Virus record (IMG/VR): IMGVR_UViG_3300010373_000047
Coordinates: 273-64,272 of that record
Source: a virus
Taxonomy: Duplodnaviria; Caudoviricetes
DNA: 64,000 nucleotides
Strand: one strand, 5' to 3'
The translations under genes were made by a program, and so were the position numbers. This document shows, piece after piece, positions 1 through 8,909 of the stretch. The notes under the pieces are model-generated. The model was not told the origin of the DNA. It saw only the letters and a list, made by a program, of their open reading frames with translations, and searched no databases. Numbering within the stretch: position 1 is the first letter of the stretch; each line of letters opens with the position of its first letter.

Positions 1-590
1 CCCTGGCCCGTCAGCGCAAAACAGATCACAGACTGTGCGGTGCCGGTAGTGAAGGGCGAGCTTGCCGCCGCGCCTTCGGTTAAGACAGGTCGCGGAGTCG
101 TTCCAAGCCCGATACTCGAGTTGCCCAACAGGAGGATTTTTTCCTCGGCGATCATCAGCGAGCGCAAGGTCGCCTGGACGGCCGTGCCGATGGCGTCGGT
201 GTTGAGCCCCTTGGCCCCGAGACGCGCTTCATACGTCACGCTCGACTCAAAGCCCAGCGCCTTGTACGCCGCGATCTGGTCGTCGGTCTGGAGCGCGATG
301 GTTCCGCCGCGATTCCCTTCCGACACGCCCGCCTCGAGCTGGCTGATGTTGATGCCAGAGATTCGCTTCCAGTGAATTGCGTTGCCGCCATCACCAGCGA
401 CGCGAGGGAGCTTGCTGATAAGCGGAATCAGCTCCTTGAAAGGGTAGAGGGACTGAACGATAGGCGACAGGTCGTACCACAAAAGGTTGGTCGCCTGTGA
501 AATCGTGTCAGCCTTTTCCAGAACGCGGCCCGAAAGCTGGTCCACGAACTGGTCGTTTGCTAATAGCTGTGTAATTTGTTCTTCGGTCAT
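1..590 (-). CDS. Major capsid protein, N-terminal part (runs off the window start)
   Basis: Manual translation from ATG at 590, open to base 1: MTEEQITQLLANDQ...LLWYDLSPIVQSLYPFKELIPLISKLPRV...GVSEGNRGG. Lies directly after protease and scaffold genes. Absent from the ORF track because it has no in-window stop. Confidence 0.75.
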   Translation of the reverse strand, partial: MTEEQITQLLANDQFVDQLSGRVLEKADTISQATNLLWYDLSPIVQSLYPFKELIPLISKLPRVAGDGGNAIHWKRISGINISQLEAGVSEGNRGGTIALQTDDQIAAYKALGFESSVTYEARLGAKGLNTDAIGTAVQATLRSLMIAEEKILLLGNSSIGLGTTPRPVLTEGAAASSPFTTGTAQSVICFALTGQ

Positions 591-626
591 GGTCGTGGTC
601 TCGGTTGTGCGCCGGTTCCTCCTTGG

Positions 627-1379
627 TTACTTTTTGGCAGCGCCGCCCTGAAAGGTCGGGTCCAGCGCAACAGGGCGTCCGATGCCCTGCTTGATTCCTG
701 GGATCGTGAGCATCTTGGCGATAGCCTTGCCGACAGCGTTCGGATCGTCCTTGTCGACAGTCTTGGCAGCCTCTTCGGCGCTCCCCACCACGCCCTCGCC
801 GTTACCGCCCATGCCGGTTAGGTCGGCGTCGCCCTTGCGCACGGCATAAGTCTGAACGCGAGGCGCACCTGCTGGTGTATTTGCCGCCTTCACCAGCATG
901 GCTCCTTTGGCAATCGCCGCGTCGCGCGTCGCCATATACGCCTTCAGCAGTTTCGGGGTGGGCGCGAGCTTGGCGATAATCAACGTATCGTCTCCCTCGT
1001 CTGTCGCGACATCTTCAGCCTTGGGCGCTTCGGTAGGCTGGTCGCTTTTTGCGATTTTGTCGCCGTCGTCGTCGCCGTCAGCGTCCGGCTTTGCCATTTT
1101 GGCAAGATGCGCGTTCGCGACGTCCAAATGGTCGCCGAGCGATTCGTGCGCGTCTTTCATGTCGCCTACCGCCTTACGCAGTTCGTCCATGTCGACGCCC
1201 TTACCGCCCTTGTCGGCTTTCTCTACTCCGGAGGCGCCACACAAAGTGTCTGCCTTCTCGATAGCCTTGCCGAGTTTCTGGTGGGCGTCGGCTGCCTTGG
1301 TGACGTGCGAGGCAACCTTGCTCATAGAAGCCTTTTCATCGCGGCTGAACCGCTTGGTGATTTTCTTGTCGTCGGGCAT
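627..1379 (-). CDS. Putative capsid scaffolding/assembly protein
   Basis: 250 aa, charged and helical, located between protease and capsid; TAATG coupling to the protease stop. Confidence 0.55.
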   Translation of the reverse strand: MPDDKKITKRFSRDEKASMSKVASHVTKAADAHQKLGKAIEKADTLCGASGVEKADKGGKGVDMDELRKAVGDMKDAHESLGDHLDVANAHLAKMAKPDADGDDDGDKIAKSDQPTEAPKAEDVATDEGDDTLIIAKLAPTPKLLKAYMATRDAAIAKGAMLVKAANTPAGAPRVQTYAVRKGDADLTGMGGNGEGVVGSAEEAAKTVDKDDPNAVGKAIAKMLTIPGIKQGIGRPVALDPTFQGGAAKK

Positions 1380-2476
1380 TATGCTGCCGCGAGGTCGTCC
1401 TCGTCGTCTCCCTCGCGCTCCTCTTCGATTTCGTCAGTTAGGTAGGCGACCATTAGATCGCCCATGCTTTCGAGAATTTCTTGGACTTTGTCTGCGTATT
1501 TCAGGTCCTTGAGGTCGCCCTCGATACCAGCCTCGGATTTGATGTATTCGCGAATACAGCGGAGCATGTTGAACGCGGTGGCCATATCCTGGACCGTGTA
1601 CATGCTCTTGGTCGTATCGGGCGTCGCTAACATCTCGATGTTGTCGCCGCCGCCAACGTCCGCCGCTTCTTTTTTCGCAGCGTCAAACTGAATGCCGTAC
1701 TTTTTGCCAGCGCTTTCGATGTGAGATTTGATGTCCGCGATCTCTTTGGCGGAATATCCCTCTTGGTTCTTTGGCATGTTGATATACGCCCACGCGGCCC
1801 GAACATGCTCCTCGGAATCAATCGGATATTTGCCGTGTTTTGGATCGGCGTATTTCACATCACCGTAAGGCTTAGGGGCGTCTTTCTTTTCGACGTCGCC
1901 GCCAAAAGCCCACTTAAAAATCCGCTCGCGCCACGAGCGCCGCTCGTCAGCGCTGATGATATCGCCGCCGTCGTTGTCGAGCGGCTCAAGGTCGTTAGGG
2001 TCGCCGACAGCCGCATGTTTCTCGAACGGCTCGGCCACCTTCACTACCTCGATTTTGCAATCAGGGTTTGCAGGACGGTCGACGAGGCTGATTTCAACCA
2101 GGCGAATATCGGTGATTTTGTTCGCCACTTTGGCGACGAGTTCGGCCCCGATGCTAAACCCTTTGTAAACGCCTTCCTGAACTTTATTCCACGCTTCGTC
2201 GTCGACGATTTTCGCGCCAACGTATAGCCCCTCGCCCGAGCCATCCGGCATGTTGCGCACGTCGGCTTCTTTCGCGATACCAACAGCGCTAGGGCGGTGC
2301 ATCTCGCGTATATTCGCCCACTCCATATAATCGGGCAGCGCCTTTTTGATGGCGTCGCTCTTGATTATCTCGCCCTGCGAATCTTTGCGCTCGGTAGAAG
2401 CCCAGCCCCACACCATGCGCTGGTCTTTGTCGACCTTGGCGAGCGGAACGAATATGTCGAACTTAGTAACTTCCAT
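1379..2476 (-). CDS. XkdF-like prohead protease with inserted DUF6582-like domain
   Basis: Likely start MEVTKFDIFVPLAKVD at 2476. Motifs RMVWGWAST, NIREMH, YKGFSIG, EISLVDRPANP; internal KPYGDVKYADP...YPIDSEEHVRAAWAYIN block. Confidence 0.8.
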   Translation of the reverse strand: MEVTKFDIFVPLAKVDKDQRMVWGWASTERKDSQGEIIKSDAIKKALPDYMEWANIREMHRPSAVGIAKEADVRNMPDGSGEGLYVGAKIVDDEAWNKVQEGVYKGFSIGAELVAKVANKITDIRLVEISLVDRPANPDCKIEVVKVAEPFEKHAAVGDPNDLEPLDNDGGDIISADERRSWRERIFKWAFGGDVEKKDAPKPYGDVKYADPKHGKYPIDSEEHVRAAWAYINMPKNQEGYSAKEIADIKSHIESAGKKYGIQFDAAKKEAADVGGGDNIEMLATPDTTKSMYTVQDMATAFNMLRCIREYIKSEAGIEGDLKDLKYADKVQEILESMGDLMVAYLTDEIEEEREGDDEDDLAAA

Positions 2477-2481
2477 CGCGC

Positions 2482-2676
2482 TTACGCGGTGAACGCCACG
2501 ACCACCCAACCGTTCATCAACAGCGAGCAAAGCGTCGCGTTGCTGATGCTGGCGCAAACATACTGTCCGGAACCGTTCGGGGTAATCTGGACGTTATTGA
2601 TCACGATCATGCCCGCCTCGAAATTCGCCGGAGGCGCGAGCGTGACTGAAGTGTAAACGTTTCCTGCTGCTGCCAT
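2482..2676 (-). CDS. Small putative head decoration protein
   Basis: 64 aa from ATG 2676 with RBS GAGGA; resembles the N-terminus of 2764..3315. Confidence 0.5.
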   Translation of the reverse strand: MAAAGNVYTSVTLAPPANFEAGMIVINNVQITPNGSGQYVCASISNATLCSLLMNGWVVVAFTA

Positions 2677-2709
2677 CGTGTCCTCTTGGGTGTTTGGCAC
2701 CGTATATGC

Positions 2710-2742
2710 ACGCTAGCAAAAGACGCGCCACGCGATAATAGG
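2710..2742 (-). promoter_or_regulatory. Putative late promoter (TATTATCG-N17-TAGCGT, extended -10)
   Basis: Motif shared with sites at 3361, 8865, 44094 and 48210. Confidence 0.55.
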
Positions 2743-2763
2743 CACGTCTTTTGCTCCGTATGC

Positions 2764-3315
2764 TTATCGGGTTGAGTTTTCTCCGTGTGCGTTAATCGCA
2801 ACCGTCACGGCCGAACTGGCGATTGTGCTCTTGCTCGAAATCGCAAGCGAGCTGATCGACACGCCATCTTTGCACAAAGAGCGAAGCTGGGCGTTAGTTA
2901 GAGCGGTTGTGCCGGTAGCTGTAGCGGTAAACGTCTGCGATGCGTTGGTGCCGTCAGAAAAGTTTGACACGATCTGCACTGTCGCGGTTTCCGAGCCGAA
3001 CGTGCCTCCGAACACGATGTCGAGAGACAGCGGAATCAGCTCCGTCGCCCCAGGGTCGGGTGTAACGTTCTGAGCGGTGCCGTACGTGCCGAGCGTAGCT
3101 GACGGATTGACGCCAGTGAGCGCCGCCTTCCAAATTCCGCCACCCTGCTTGACAGCAACCACCGACCACCCCTGGATCAATAGTGCGGCAACGTCACCAG
3201 GGTCTGTTATGGTATAAACTCCGTTGTTCGCGCTGTAGAGAGTGCCGCCCTTGCCGTACACGGTGCCGAGACCGAAAGAGGCGGGCGGGACCATTGTCTG
3301 TGGGGTGAAAGGCAT
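2764..3315 (-). CDS. Putative virion structural/decoration protein
   Basis: 183 aa, Gly/Thr/Ser-rich and beta-type, RBS AAGGAG, inside the head module. Confidence 0.55.
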   Translation of the reverse strand: MPFTPQTMVPPASFGLGTVYGKGGTLYSANNGVYTITDPGDVAALLIQGWSVVAVKQGGGIWKAALTGVNPSATLGTYGTAQNVTPDPGATELIPLSLDIVFGGTFGSETATVQIVSNFSDGTNASQTFTATATGTTALTNAQLRSLCKDGVSISSLAISSKSTIASSAVTVAINAHGENSTR

Positions 3316-3360
3316 TTATCGCTGCTCCTTGAAAGGCACAAAGTTTGCTTGCTGCAGTCA

Positions 3361-3394
3361 AATGTAGCAAACGTCGTGCCTATCCGATAATAGG
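3361..3394 (-). promoter_or_regulatory. Putative late promoter (TATTATCG-N18-TACATT)
   Basis: Shared motif upstream of 2764..3315. Confidence 0.55.
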
Positions 3395-3401
3395 AGCTGC
3401 G

Positions 3402-4043
3402 TTATTCGTCGTCGGGCGGATAATACACTAGGGAACAACGACAATTCGGGTGCGCGGGCGGTGCGTGGTCGCCTGAAGTGAAATCGTCGCCGATATCAAT
3501 CGGCCCCTCGTCTGCGTTTTCAGGACATTCGTCGCATTCGGCTTCGTCGCCAGCGTCAAACCACGATTTTGATTGCACGCCGGATGCTTTTGCGCCCTCG
3601 AGCTGTCCGCGATTGTGGGCGAGACTGATCTCGGTGCGCGATATTACAAGCGCACGTTTAACGCCAAACACGTCGTCCATGATTGCCGTGCGCAATTCGT
3701 GAACGCTCGAGCCGGATTCGATAGCTTCGGCGAGCTTGCCTCGAACCATGTTGCGCGTTGTCTCGGTGATGGCAAATTCGGGGTTTGGGTTAGGTACGAC
3801 AGTACCGTCCGACATTACGCGCATCCCGACAAGCTCCGCTCCGCGCCGCTGGGCATAATCCTTGCCAAACACGTCGACGACGTCGAATGCGTCGTCGCTT
3901 GCGCCAAGCGCGGCCACCACCTGCTTGCCTGCCGCTGTGGCTGCCCCGCCAAGCACAAACGCGATATCGTCAAGCAGGTCGCTCCAATCGATATCGAGCG
4001 ATCCTGCTATCCGATCCGCTTCGTGTTGCGGGTTAATTGGCAA
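3402..4043 (-). CDS. Head morphogenesis / minor head protein (MuF, SPP1 gp7-like), C-terminal part
   Basis: RALVISRTE, KSW, CDEC, PPAHPNCRC motifs; probable TTG start at 4043 after GAGG (ORF track start 4100). Confidence 0.85.
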   Translation of the reverse strand: MPINPQHEADRIAGSLDIDWSDLLDDIAFVLGGAATAAGKQVVAALGASDDAFDVVDVFGKDYAQRRGAELVGMRVMSDGTVVPNPNPEFAITETTRNMVRGKLAEAIESGSSVHELRTAIMDDVFGVKRALVISRTEISLAHNRGQLEGAKASGVQSKSWFDAGDEAECDECPENADEGPIDIGDDFTSGDHAPPAHPNCRCSLVYYPPDDE

Positions 4044-5088
4044 TCTGAACCTCGGAGCCTGTATGGGCGTGCCAGACGTTGTTGCAATCGTAAGAATCAA
4101 CCGCTAACGACGCGACGCCATCGATTTGATGTGCCGCCCCTGTCGTGTCGACCTGCCACGACGGATTGCTGCCGCCCTGGCAGGTGTTTTCGACACCGCC
4201 GTTGTACGTCGGCTGACCGTTCAGCGTCAGACACAGATAACAATAGCTCGCATCGTTTGGCGGCTGGGTTGTTACTGTGATCGTACCCGTTACCGTCGAG
4301 CCCATGATAGGCGACGTAACGGCAAACTGGGTCAATCGGGCGCTCGTCTCGTCAGATTGGACGGTCGCGATATACGCCACCGCGCCGCTATCATACCAGC
4401 CGCCTGAATACCAATCGCCCATACACCCCCAGAACATTTGGTCGGTGGTGCCATTAGGGTACGTCGGATACCCAGGCGAGGTCGCCCCTGCCATATATCC
4501 GATGTCGCCAGCCATGCAAGCCTTGAGATAAGCCAGCCGGAAATCGACGTTAAATGCTGTCGAGGACCAATCCATCGGGCTGGTGTTGAAACTGGTGCGA
4601 CGCACCTGCATTAAACCGTAACTGTTCCAACAAAACCCATACGTCGACACCCAGCCGTTCCAATCGCCCGCAGCGCATTGCCCTGCGGTGAACTCGATAT
4701 CGCCTAGCTGGTGGGCGTTCTGTCCTGATTCCGCGACGCCCTCAGCGCGAATGGCGTTGAGGTATGCGGTTAGACCCCATTTTGCTGTGGCCCATTGAAT
4801 GATCGCATCCGTCGAGCCTCGATAATTGCCGGTAACGCCCGCGAAGTCTGCGGGAGGCGGTCCGCCAGCGAAATTCATCGGCGCTGCCAAGAACGACGCG
4901 AGCTGTGACGACGTCGGCACAGTATGGTTTGGAAGGTAATTTTCTGGGTGGCTTTCTGGCGAACCAGAAACCGGCACAACCGCGTTCGCCGCCTGGGCGT
5001 CTGTTAATACCGGACTTGATGTAGCGCCCGCCACACCGCACCACGTCGCTACCGATAGCGCGAGAAAAAGAATCACTAAACGTCGCAT
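4033..5088 (-). CDS. Exported protein with lysozyme-like/lytic transglycosylase-like domain and C-terminal Ig-like domain
   Basis: Signal peptide MRRLVILFLALSVATWCGVAGA; IIQWATAKWG, AEGVAES, SYGLMQV, STAFNVD motifs (ES and GLMQ as in SLT enzymes). Confidence 0.6.
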   Translation of the reverse strand: MRRLVILFLALSVATWCGVAGATSSPVLTDAQAANAVVPVSGSPESHPENYLPNHTVPTSSQLASFLAAPMNFAGGPPPADFAGVTGNYRGSTDAIIQWATAKWGLTAYLNAIRAEGVAESGQNAHQLGDIEFTAGQCAAGDWNGWVSTYGFCWNSYGLMQVRRTSFNTSPMDWSSTAFNVDFRLAYLKACMAGDIGYMAGATSPGYPTYPNGTTDQMFWGCMGDWYSGGWYDSGAVAYIATVQSDETSARLTQFAVTSPIMGSTVTGTITVTTQPPNDASYCYLCLTLNGQPTYNGGVENTCQGGSNPSWQVDTTGAAHQIDGVASLAVDSYDCNNVWHAHTGSEVQIAN

Positions 5089-5105
5089 ACCCCTTGCTCC
5101 CCTTT

Positions 5106-5330
5106 TTAATCGGCGTGCATTTTTGCAAGCCGTTTTACGCTCTTTGAACGGTCCAGCACCACTACCTTATGGAGTGCCCGATGCTTGGCGCACGGATAGC
5201 GCACACCAGGCATCAACCAGCACGCCTGAGACGTTCCAGCGCCAAACAGTCGCGCCGGTAGTTGACGTGGCTGGCACGGCATCGACGTACCGCAATCAGG
5301 ACAAGCGTGCACGTGCCCAGGCGCTGGCAT
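5106..5330 (-). CDS. Small Cys/His-rich hypothetical protein
   Basis: HVHACPDCG...C...CAKH; TAATG-coupled to the upstream gene. Confidence 0.45.
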   Translation of the reverse strand: MPAPGHVHACPDCGTSMPCQPRQLPARLFGAGTSQACWLMPGVRYPCAKHRALHKVVVLDRSKSVKRLAKMHAD

Positions 5331-6430
5331 TACATGATCGGATTGCCGGACGCCATTCGGAGATGAACCCCGACAAGCTCCGCGCTATCCGCTCCGTTGC
5401 TGCCGACGGCCGAACCTTTTTTGAAAATGACTCCGTTTGTCGCAGGAGACGCTGTTATTGAAACCGCCACCCCTCCAGGACACGATGGCCCAGTTCCGAT
5501 TCCGGTGCAGCACGCTGCTGCGCCATACCACGATGTGCCCGATCCGGTACAGGTGTTGGCGGCAACGCACCACGTTTGCCAAGGCGCATACACGTCATTA
5601 CTGCTGGTGGCTGTGTCGACAAGTCCTGGGCTTTGTATGACAACTGGGCTCGCCGGTATGGCCGCGCTATTCCAGCCGTGCCCGTCTGTGTGTGGGGTGC
5701 CGGTGGCGTTTTCGGTTAACGATATCAATAGCGTTGACGGAACCGTTGTGTAGGTGAACGCGAGCGAGCCTTCGTCAATTTTTAGGAACGCGTTGCCAAC
5801 GCCTGGGTCGTATGGATAACACCCCATTGAGCCGTTTGCCAACGTGCCGGTATTGCCAGCAGCAATCGTGACGTCGCCGCTAGGAATGAGGCGCATGTAG
5901 TTATCTAACGGGTCGAAGCTTTTGGCGACTATTTTCCAGTCGCCCACGCCATCCGACCACACACATCGGGTCATTCCCTTGGGCGCAGCAACAGCCGATC
6001 CTCCCGCCGTTCCGCCACCCATCCAAAGTCCGTGCGTCGAGCCTTCTATAGTATCGGTGCCAGGGCTCGCGTTAACTACGACCTTGAACGGAGGTAAATT
6101 GGAATCGTATCGCTTAAAGCAAATAAGGTGGTGCGAATCGGTTGAATTGGTCGGTAGGACTGCGGTAAACAGAGCGCCCGAAGTATTGTTCACGATCAAC
6201 AGCGAATCCGTGTTTAGTACCGTATAACTCGATCCGCTCGTCCCGATAGTCGTGCCTGACCAATGCGCCCCGATAACGGTAGGCGCAGACGAACCCGCGA
6301 CGCTCAATAGATCGCCGCTAAACGCTGGAATGTTGAACGGGTTGCCCTGCGAGCTGTCCATCAAACCGCCCGCATAAACGGGCGCAGCCAACAGCAACAG
6401 CGTCGCGATGATTGCGCGTATTATTTTCAT
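5330..6430 (-). CDS. Exported protein with tail-fibre-like beta domain
   Basis: Signal peptide MKIIRAIIATLLLLAAPVYA; YTVLNTDSLLIVNNTSG..AVLP..FKRYD..VVVNAS..DTIEG resembles a common phage fibre motif. Confidence 0.55.
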   Translation of the reverse strand: MKIIRAIIATLLLLAAPVYAGGLMDSSQGNPFNIPAFSGDLLSVAGSSAPTVIGAHWSGTTIGTSGSSYTVLNTDSLLIVNNTSGALFTAVLPTNSTDSHHLICFKRYDSNLPPFKVVVNASPGTDTIEGSTHGLWMGGGTAGGSAVAAPKGMTRCVWSDGVGDWKIVAKSFDPLDNYMRLIPSGDVTIAAGNTGTLANGSMGCYPYDPGVGNAFLKIDEGSLAFTYTTVPSTLLISLTENATGTPHTDGHGWNSAAIPASPVVIQSPGLVDTATSSNDVYAPWQTWCVAANTCTGSGTSWYGAAACCTGIGTGPSCPGGVAVSITASPATNGVIFKKGSAVGSNGADSAELVGVHLRMASGNPIM

Positions 6431-6822
6431 TAACGTGGATACTCCAGGCAGTTAGCCGTCGAGCCGCTCGCCGAATAACAGTAAACCGCACCCGTAGTTG
6501 GGAACGATGCAACCGATCCGGCATGGTTGCCGGTAGCGTCAGCCGCCAGCACCTGGCCTTGCGTTGCGCCGACGTTCGCGTCGCCGCACGCTATCGGGTT
6601 CGCTCCGGTATTCTGGACGCTGACTCCGTATCGATGGTTGGCGTTCGCAGGGCAAACCTGGATCGGGGTCGTGCTTACCGTAGTCCATGCGTGCGACAAC
6701 GGAGACGCGCCCGACACCGCGATAGGGGTGCCATAATCATCAGCACGCACCGATCCGGTTTTGACTACTAATAGACACAACCCGAACGCTAGCGCGATGG
6801 AGCCGGTTTTAACGCCCAGCAT
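6430..6822 (-). CDS. Small exported protein resembling phage structural proteins
   Basis: Probable start ATG 6822 (RBS AAAGGA); signal-like MLGVKTGSIALAFGLCLLVVKTGSVRA; NxxRxxxxVQNTG..I..G...G..L...GAVY pattern. Confidence 0.5.
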   Translation of the reverse strand: MLGVKTGSIALAFGLCLLVVKTGSVRADDYGTPIAVSGASPLSHAWTTVSTTPIQVCPANANHRYGVSVQNTGANPIACGDANVGATQGQVLAADATGNHAGSVASFPTTGAVYCYSASGSTANCLEYPR

Positions 6823-6918
6823 CGGACGATCCTTTTTTCGGCTGAAGCTTTTGTACGTGCTCATATTCTTTAATGACCTGTTCGCAGATTTTCTCGCCTT
6901 GAGCCTTAAGAAACCGTT

Positions 6919-8580
6919 TTAATATCTGAGCCAGTTTGCGCTCGGCTTGACGGCTGGCCTTAAGTTTTTCGGGTCCACCGAAATGAACGGCTCGCTTGAC
7001 TTTTTTTTTACGTCAGGGCCGTCGAGCTTTTTGGTTTTCGTCGCCGGTTTGGGAATCGGAGTTTTCATTTCCCGATCATGGATCTCACTCGCGCGCTGGT
7101 TTTCGTCGTCGGACTGCGACATCTGCTGGTCGTGACTTTCTTGGGTCCGCTGCTCGTTGTTCGCAGCGAACTGTACCTGCTGCGAGGCCATCGCCACCGC
7201 GTCCTCAAGCTTGGTTGCGCCCGACGCCGTGATGATAACCAGCTCGTCAGCAACGCCACCCTTGGGCGGCTGTCCGATTTTCGACCGCCCCTCGTCTGGA
7301 GTCATTAGCCCTTTGGAAACATAGCCCGTTACGGTCTGCATTTCCTTGAGCTGGTCGAGCTGTTCTTCCTGGGTAAAGACAAACTCGATGTCCGTCCATC
7401 CGAAATGCTCCTGGATGATCGGGTCCATGATTTCGTCTTTGAACCACGCCATGAGCGGCAGGAGGCCTTCTGCGAGCGCCGTTTCTTGCGCCGTTTCGGC
7501 CGTCCCACGGTTCATCATTTTGACGAATGCGCTGGGCGGAATGCTGAACGCAAAACAGAGGATACGAGCGATCCATTCGTCGTAATCGTTCTTTAGGTTC
7601 GGCCCCTTGATCTCGAACGGCTTGGAATCACCAGGGAGAAACCGCACTTTGCTTTTGAGCGCGGTATTGCCCTGCAGTAAAAAATCGAACGTCGCCTGAA
7701 ACTCTGCCGTTTGCGACGGGGTCCATTCTTTCGGCACCGTAACGATCAGGTCCGGAATCGTGCCTTGCGTCCAATAATCGAGCTGGTATAGCTCCCGACG
7801 GATGCCCTGCATGATCTCGAGATACACCTGCTCGACGGGCGAGTATCCGTATGGGCGGTGATCGGGACGCAGGTTCATCGGAGCGTAAATGATTTCGTCT
7901 GCCGTCAAATCGACAATCTGCAACCCTTTAATGATCTGTTGGTATGCCGGAGACGGAGGCTCGGGTCGACGGCCGAAATCATCGATCTTGGGCGTGATGG
8001 TCGCACCATCGATTACGCTGATAGCGTATGGAATGCCCGCCTGGGACGGCTGGATGTACAGCGTAGCAGCATCGCAAACAAACAAATCGTCGAACAGCAA
8101 ACGACACCACGCGTGCCACCTGGTTTGGCGATCCGGCTTCTTGAAAAACTGCTTAAGGTAAACGATGCGCGGATCGACTGGGGTCGTGTCAAACTTGCCG
8201 CGAGGCTTGCCGAGAATCTGAATATCCCACGGAATACGGGTGAGCTGATCTTTGCGGGTTTGAATCAGGGTGCGCAGCAACCCGAAACTGTTTGCCATAC
8301 CGCGAAGCTGCGCAAACGATATCGGCTCGAACTGTCGCGGCCCATAGTTGATGTTGTAGCCGCTGATGTAATCATACCAGCGAGGCTGGGTGACATTCGG
8401 CGGTCCGTACGGCTGAATCGGCTGCTGGGGCGAGAAGAAGTTTTTCGGATCAAGCTCTTTTATGGCATTTTGCGCCTGGGTGCGGTTTATCGGATCGTCA
8501 ACTCGAGGGTTGATACCCTTAACCGTTCCGCCCTGCTGTCGCGCCATCGCCGCTGGGTTCGGATTGTTCTTGCTGGCCAT
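6919..8580 (-). CDS. Portal protein
   Basis: ISFAQLR, DGATI, YGYSPVEQ, DEWIARILCFAFSIPP, NRGTAE motifs; 553 aa. Confidence 0.9.
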   Translation of the reverse strand: MASKNNPNPAAMARQQGGTVKGINPRVDDPINRTQAQNAIKELDPKNFFSPQQPIQPYGPPNVTQPRWYDYISGYNINYGPRQFEPISFAQLRGMANSFGLLRTLIQTRKDQLTRIPWDIQILGKPRGKFDTTPVDPRIVYLKQFFKKPDRQTRWHAWCRLLFDDLFVCDAATLYIQPSQAGIPYAISVIDGATITPKIDDFGRRPEPPSPAYQQIIKGLQIVDLTADEIIYAPMNLRPDHRPYGYSPVEQVYLEIMQGIRRELYQLDYWTQGTIPDLIVTVPKEWTPSQTAEFQATFDFLLQGNTALKSKVRFLPGDSKPFEIKGPNLKNDYDEWIARILCFAFSIPPSAFVKMMNRGTAETAQETALAEGLLPLMAWFKDEIMDPIIQEHFGWTDIEFVFTQEEQLDQLKEMQTVTGYVSKGLMTPDEGRSKIGQPPKGGVADELVIITASGATKLEDAVAMASQQVQFAANNEQRTQESHDQQMSQSDDENQRASEIHDREMKTPIPKPATKTKKLDGPDVKKKSSEPFISVDPKNLRPAVKPSANWLRY

Positions 8581-8858
8581 TAGTTGTCGGCAAACACAAT
8601 CGCAACCGGTGTTTGCGGCACAAAATCAAGCACCGAGCGTTCGATATAGCGCCGCGACGCAGCAGCGCAAAACGCACCAAAGTCGCGCGCCCCGTCCTCG
8701 TCACATTCAAACGCTGCGTGTGTTAGCGACGCGACGATCTCGCACACGACCGTACATCGGGCGCAAAACAGCGAACCGCGCATGTCGCGCAACCCGCCTG
8801 TGGCTTCACCGGTATCGTGACAGGGTTCGCAAACGCGCAAAATAACAGGGCTTGCCAT
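8580..8858 (-). CDS. Hypothetical CxxC protein
   Basis: CEPC and CARC motifs; TAATG coupling to portal; leaderless start after promoter. Confidence 0.5.
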   Translation of the reverse strand: MASPVILRVCEPCHDTGEATGGLRDMRGSLFCARCTVVCEIVASLTHAAFECDEDGARDFGAFCAAASRRYIERSVLDFVPQTPVAIVFADN

Positions 8859-8864
8859 GATGAA

Positions 8865-8895
8865 ATCATAACAAGCCCTGCGACGGCCGATAATA
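8865..8895 (-). promoter_or_regulatory. Putative late promoter (TATTATCG-N17-TATGAT), leaderless
   Basis: TGT-TATGAT lies 6 nt before ATG 8858; heads the portal operon. Confidence 0.6.
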
Positions 8896-8909
8896 TGCGG
8901 TTTGGACGC

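Noticed and set aside
2710-3394. Sigma54-like GG-N10-GC boxes (TGGCGCGTCTTTTGC, AGGCACGACGTTTGC) before two head genes
   Set aside because: The other copies of the TATTATCG promoter lack GG-N10-GC. An extended -10 explains all - strand copies more simply, though sigma54 use is not excluded.
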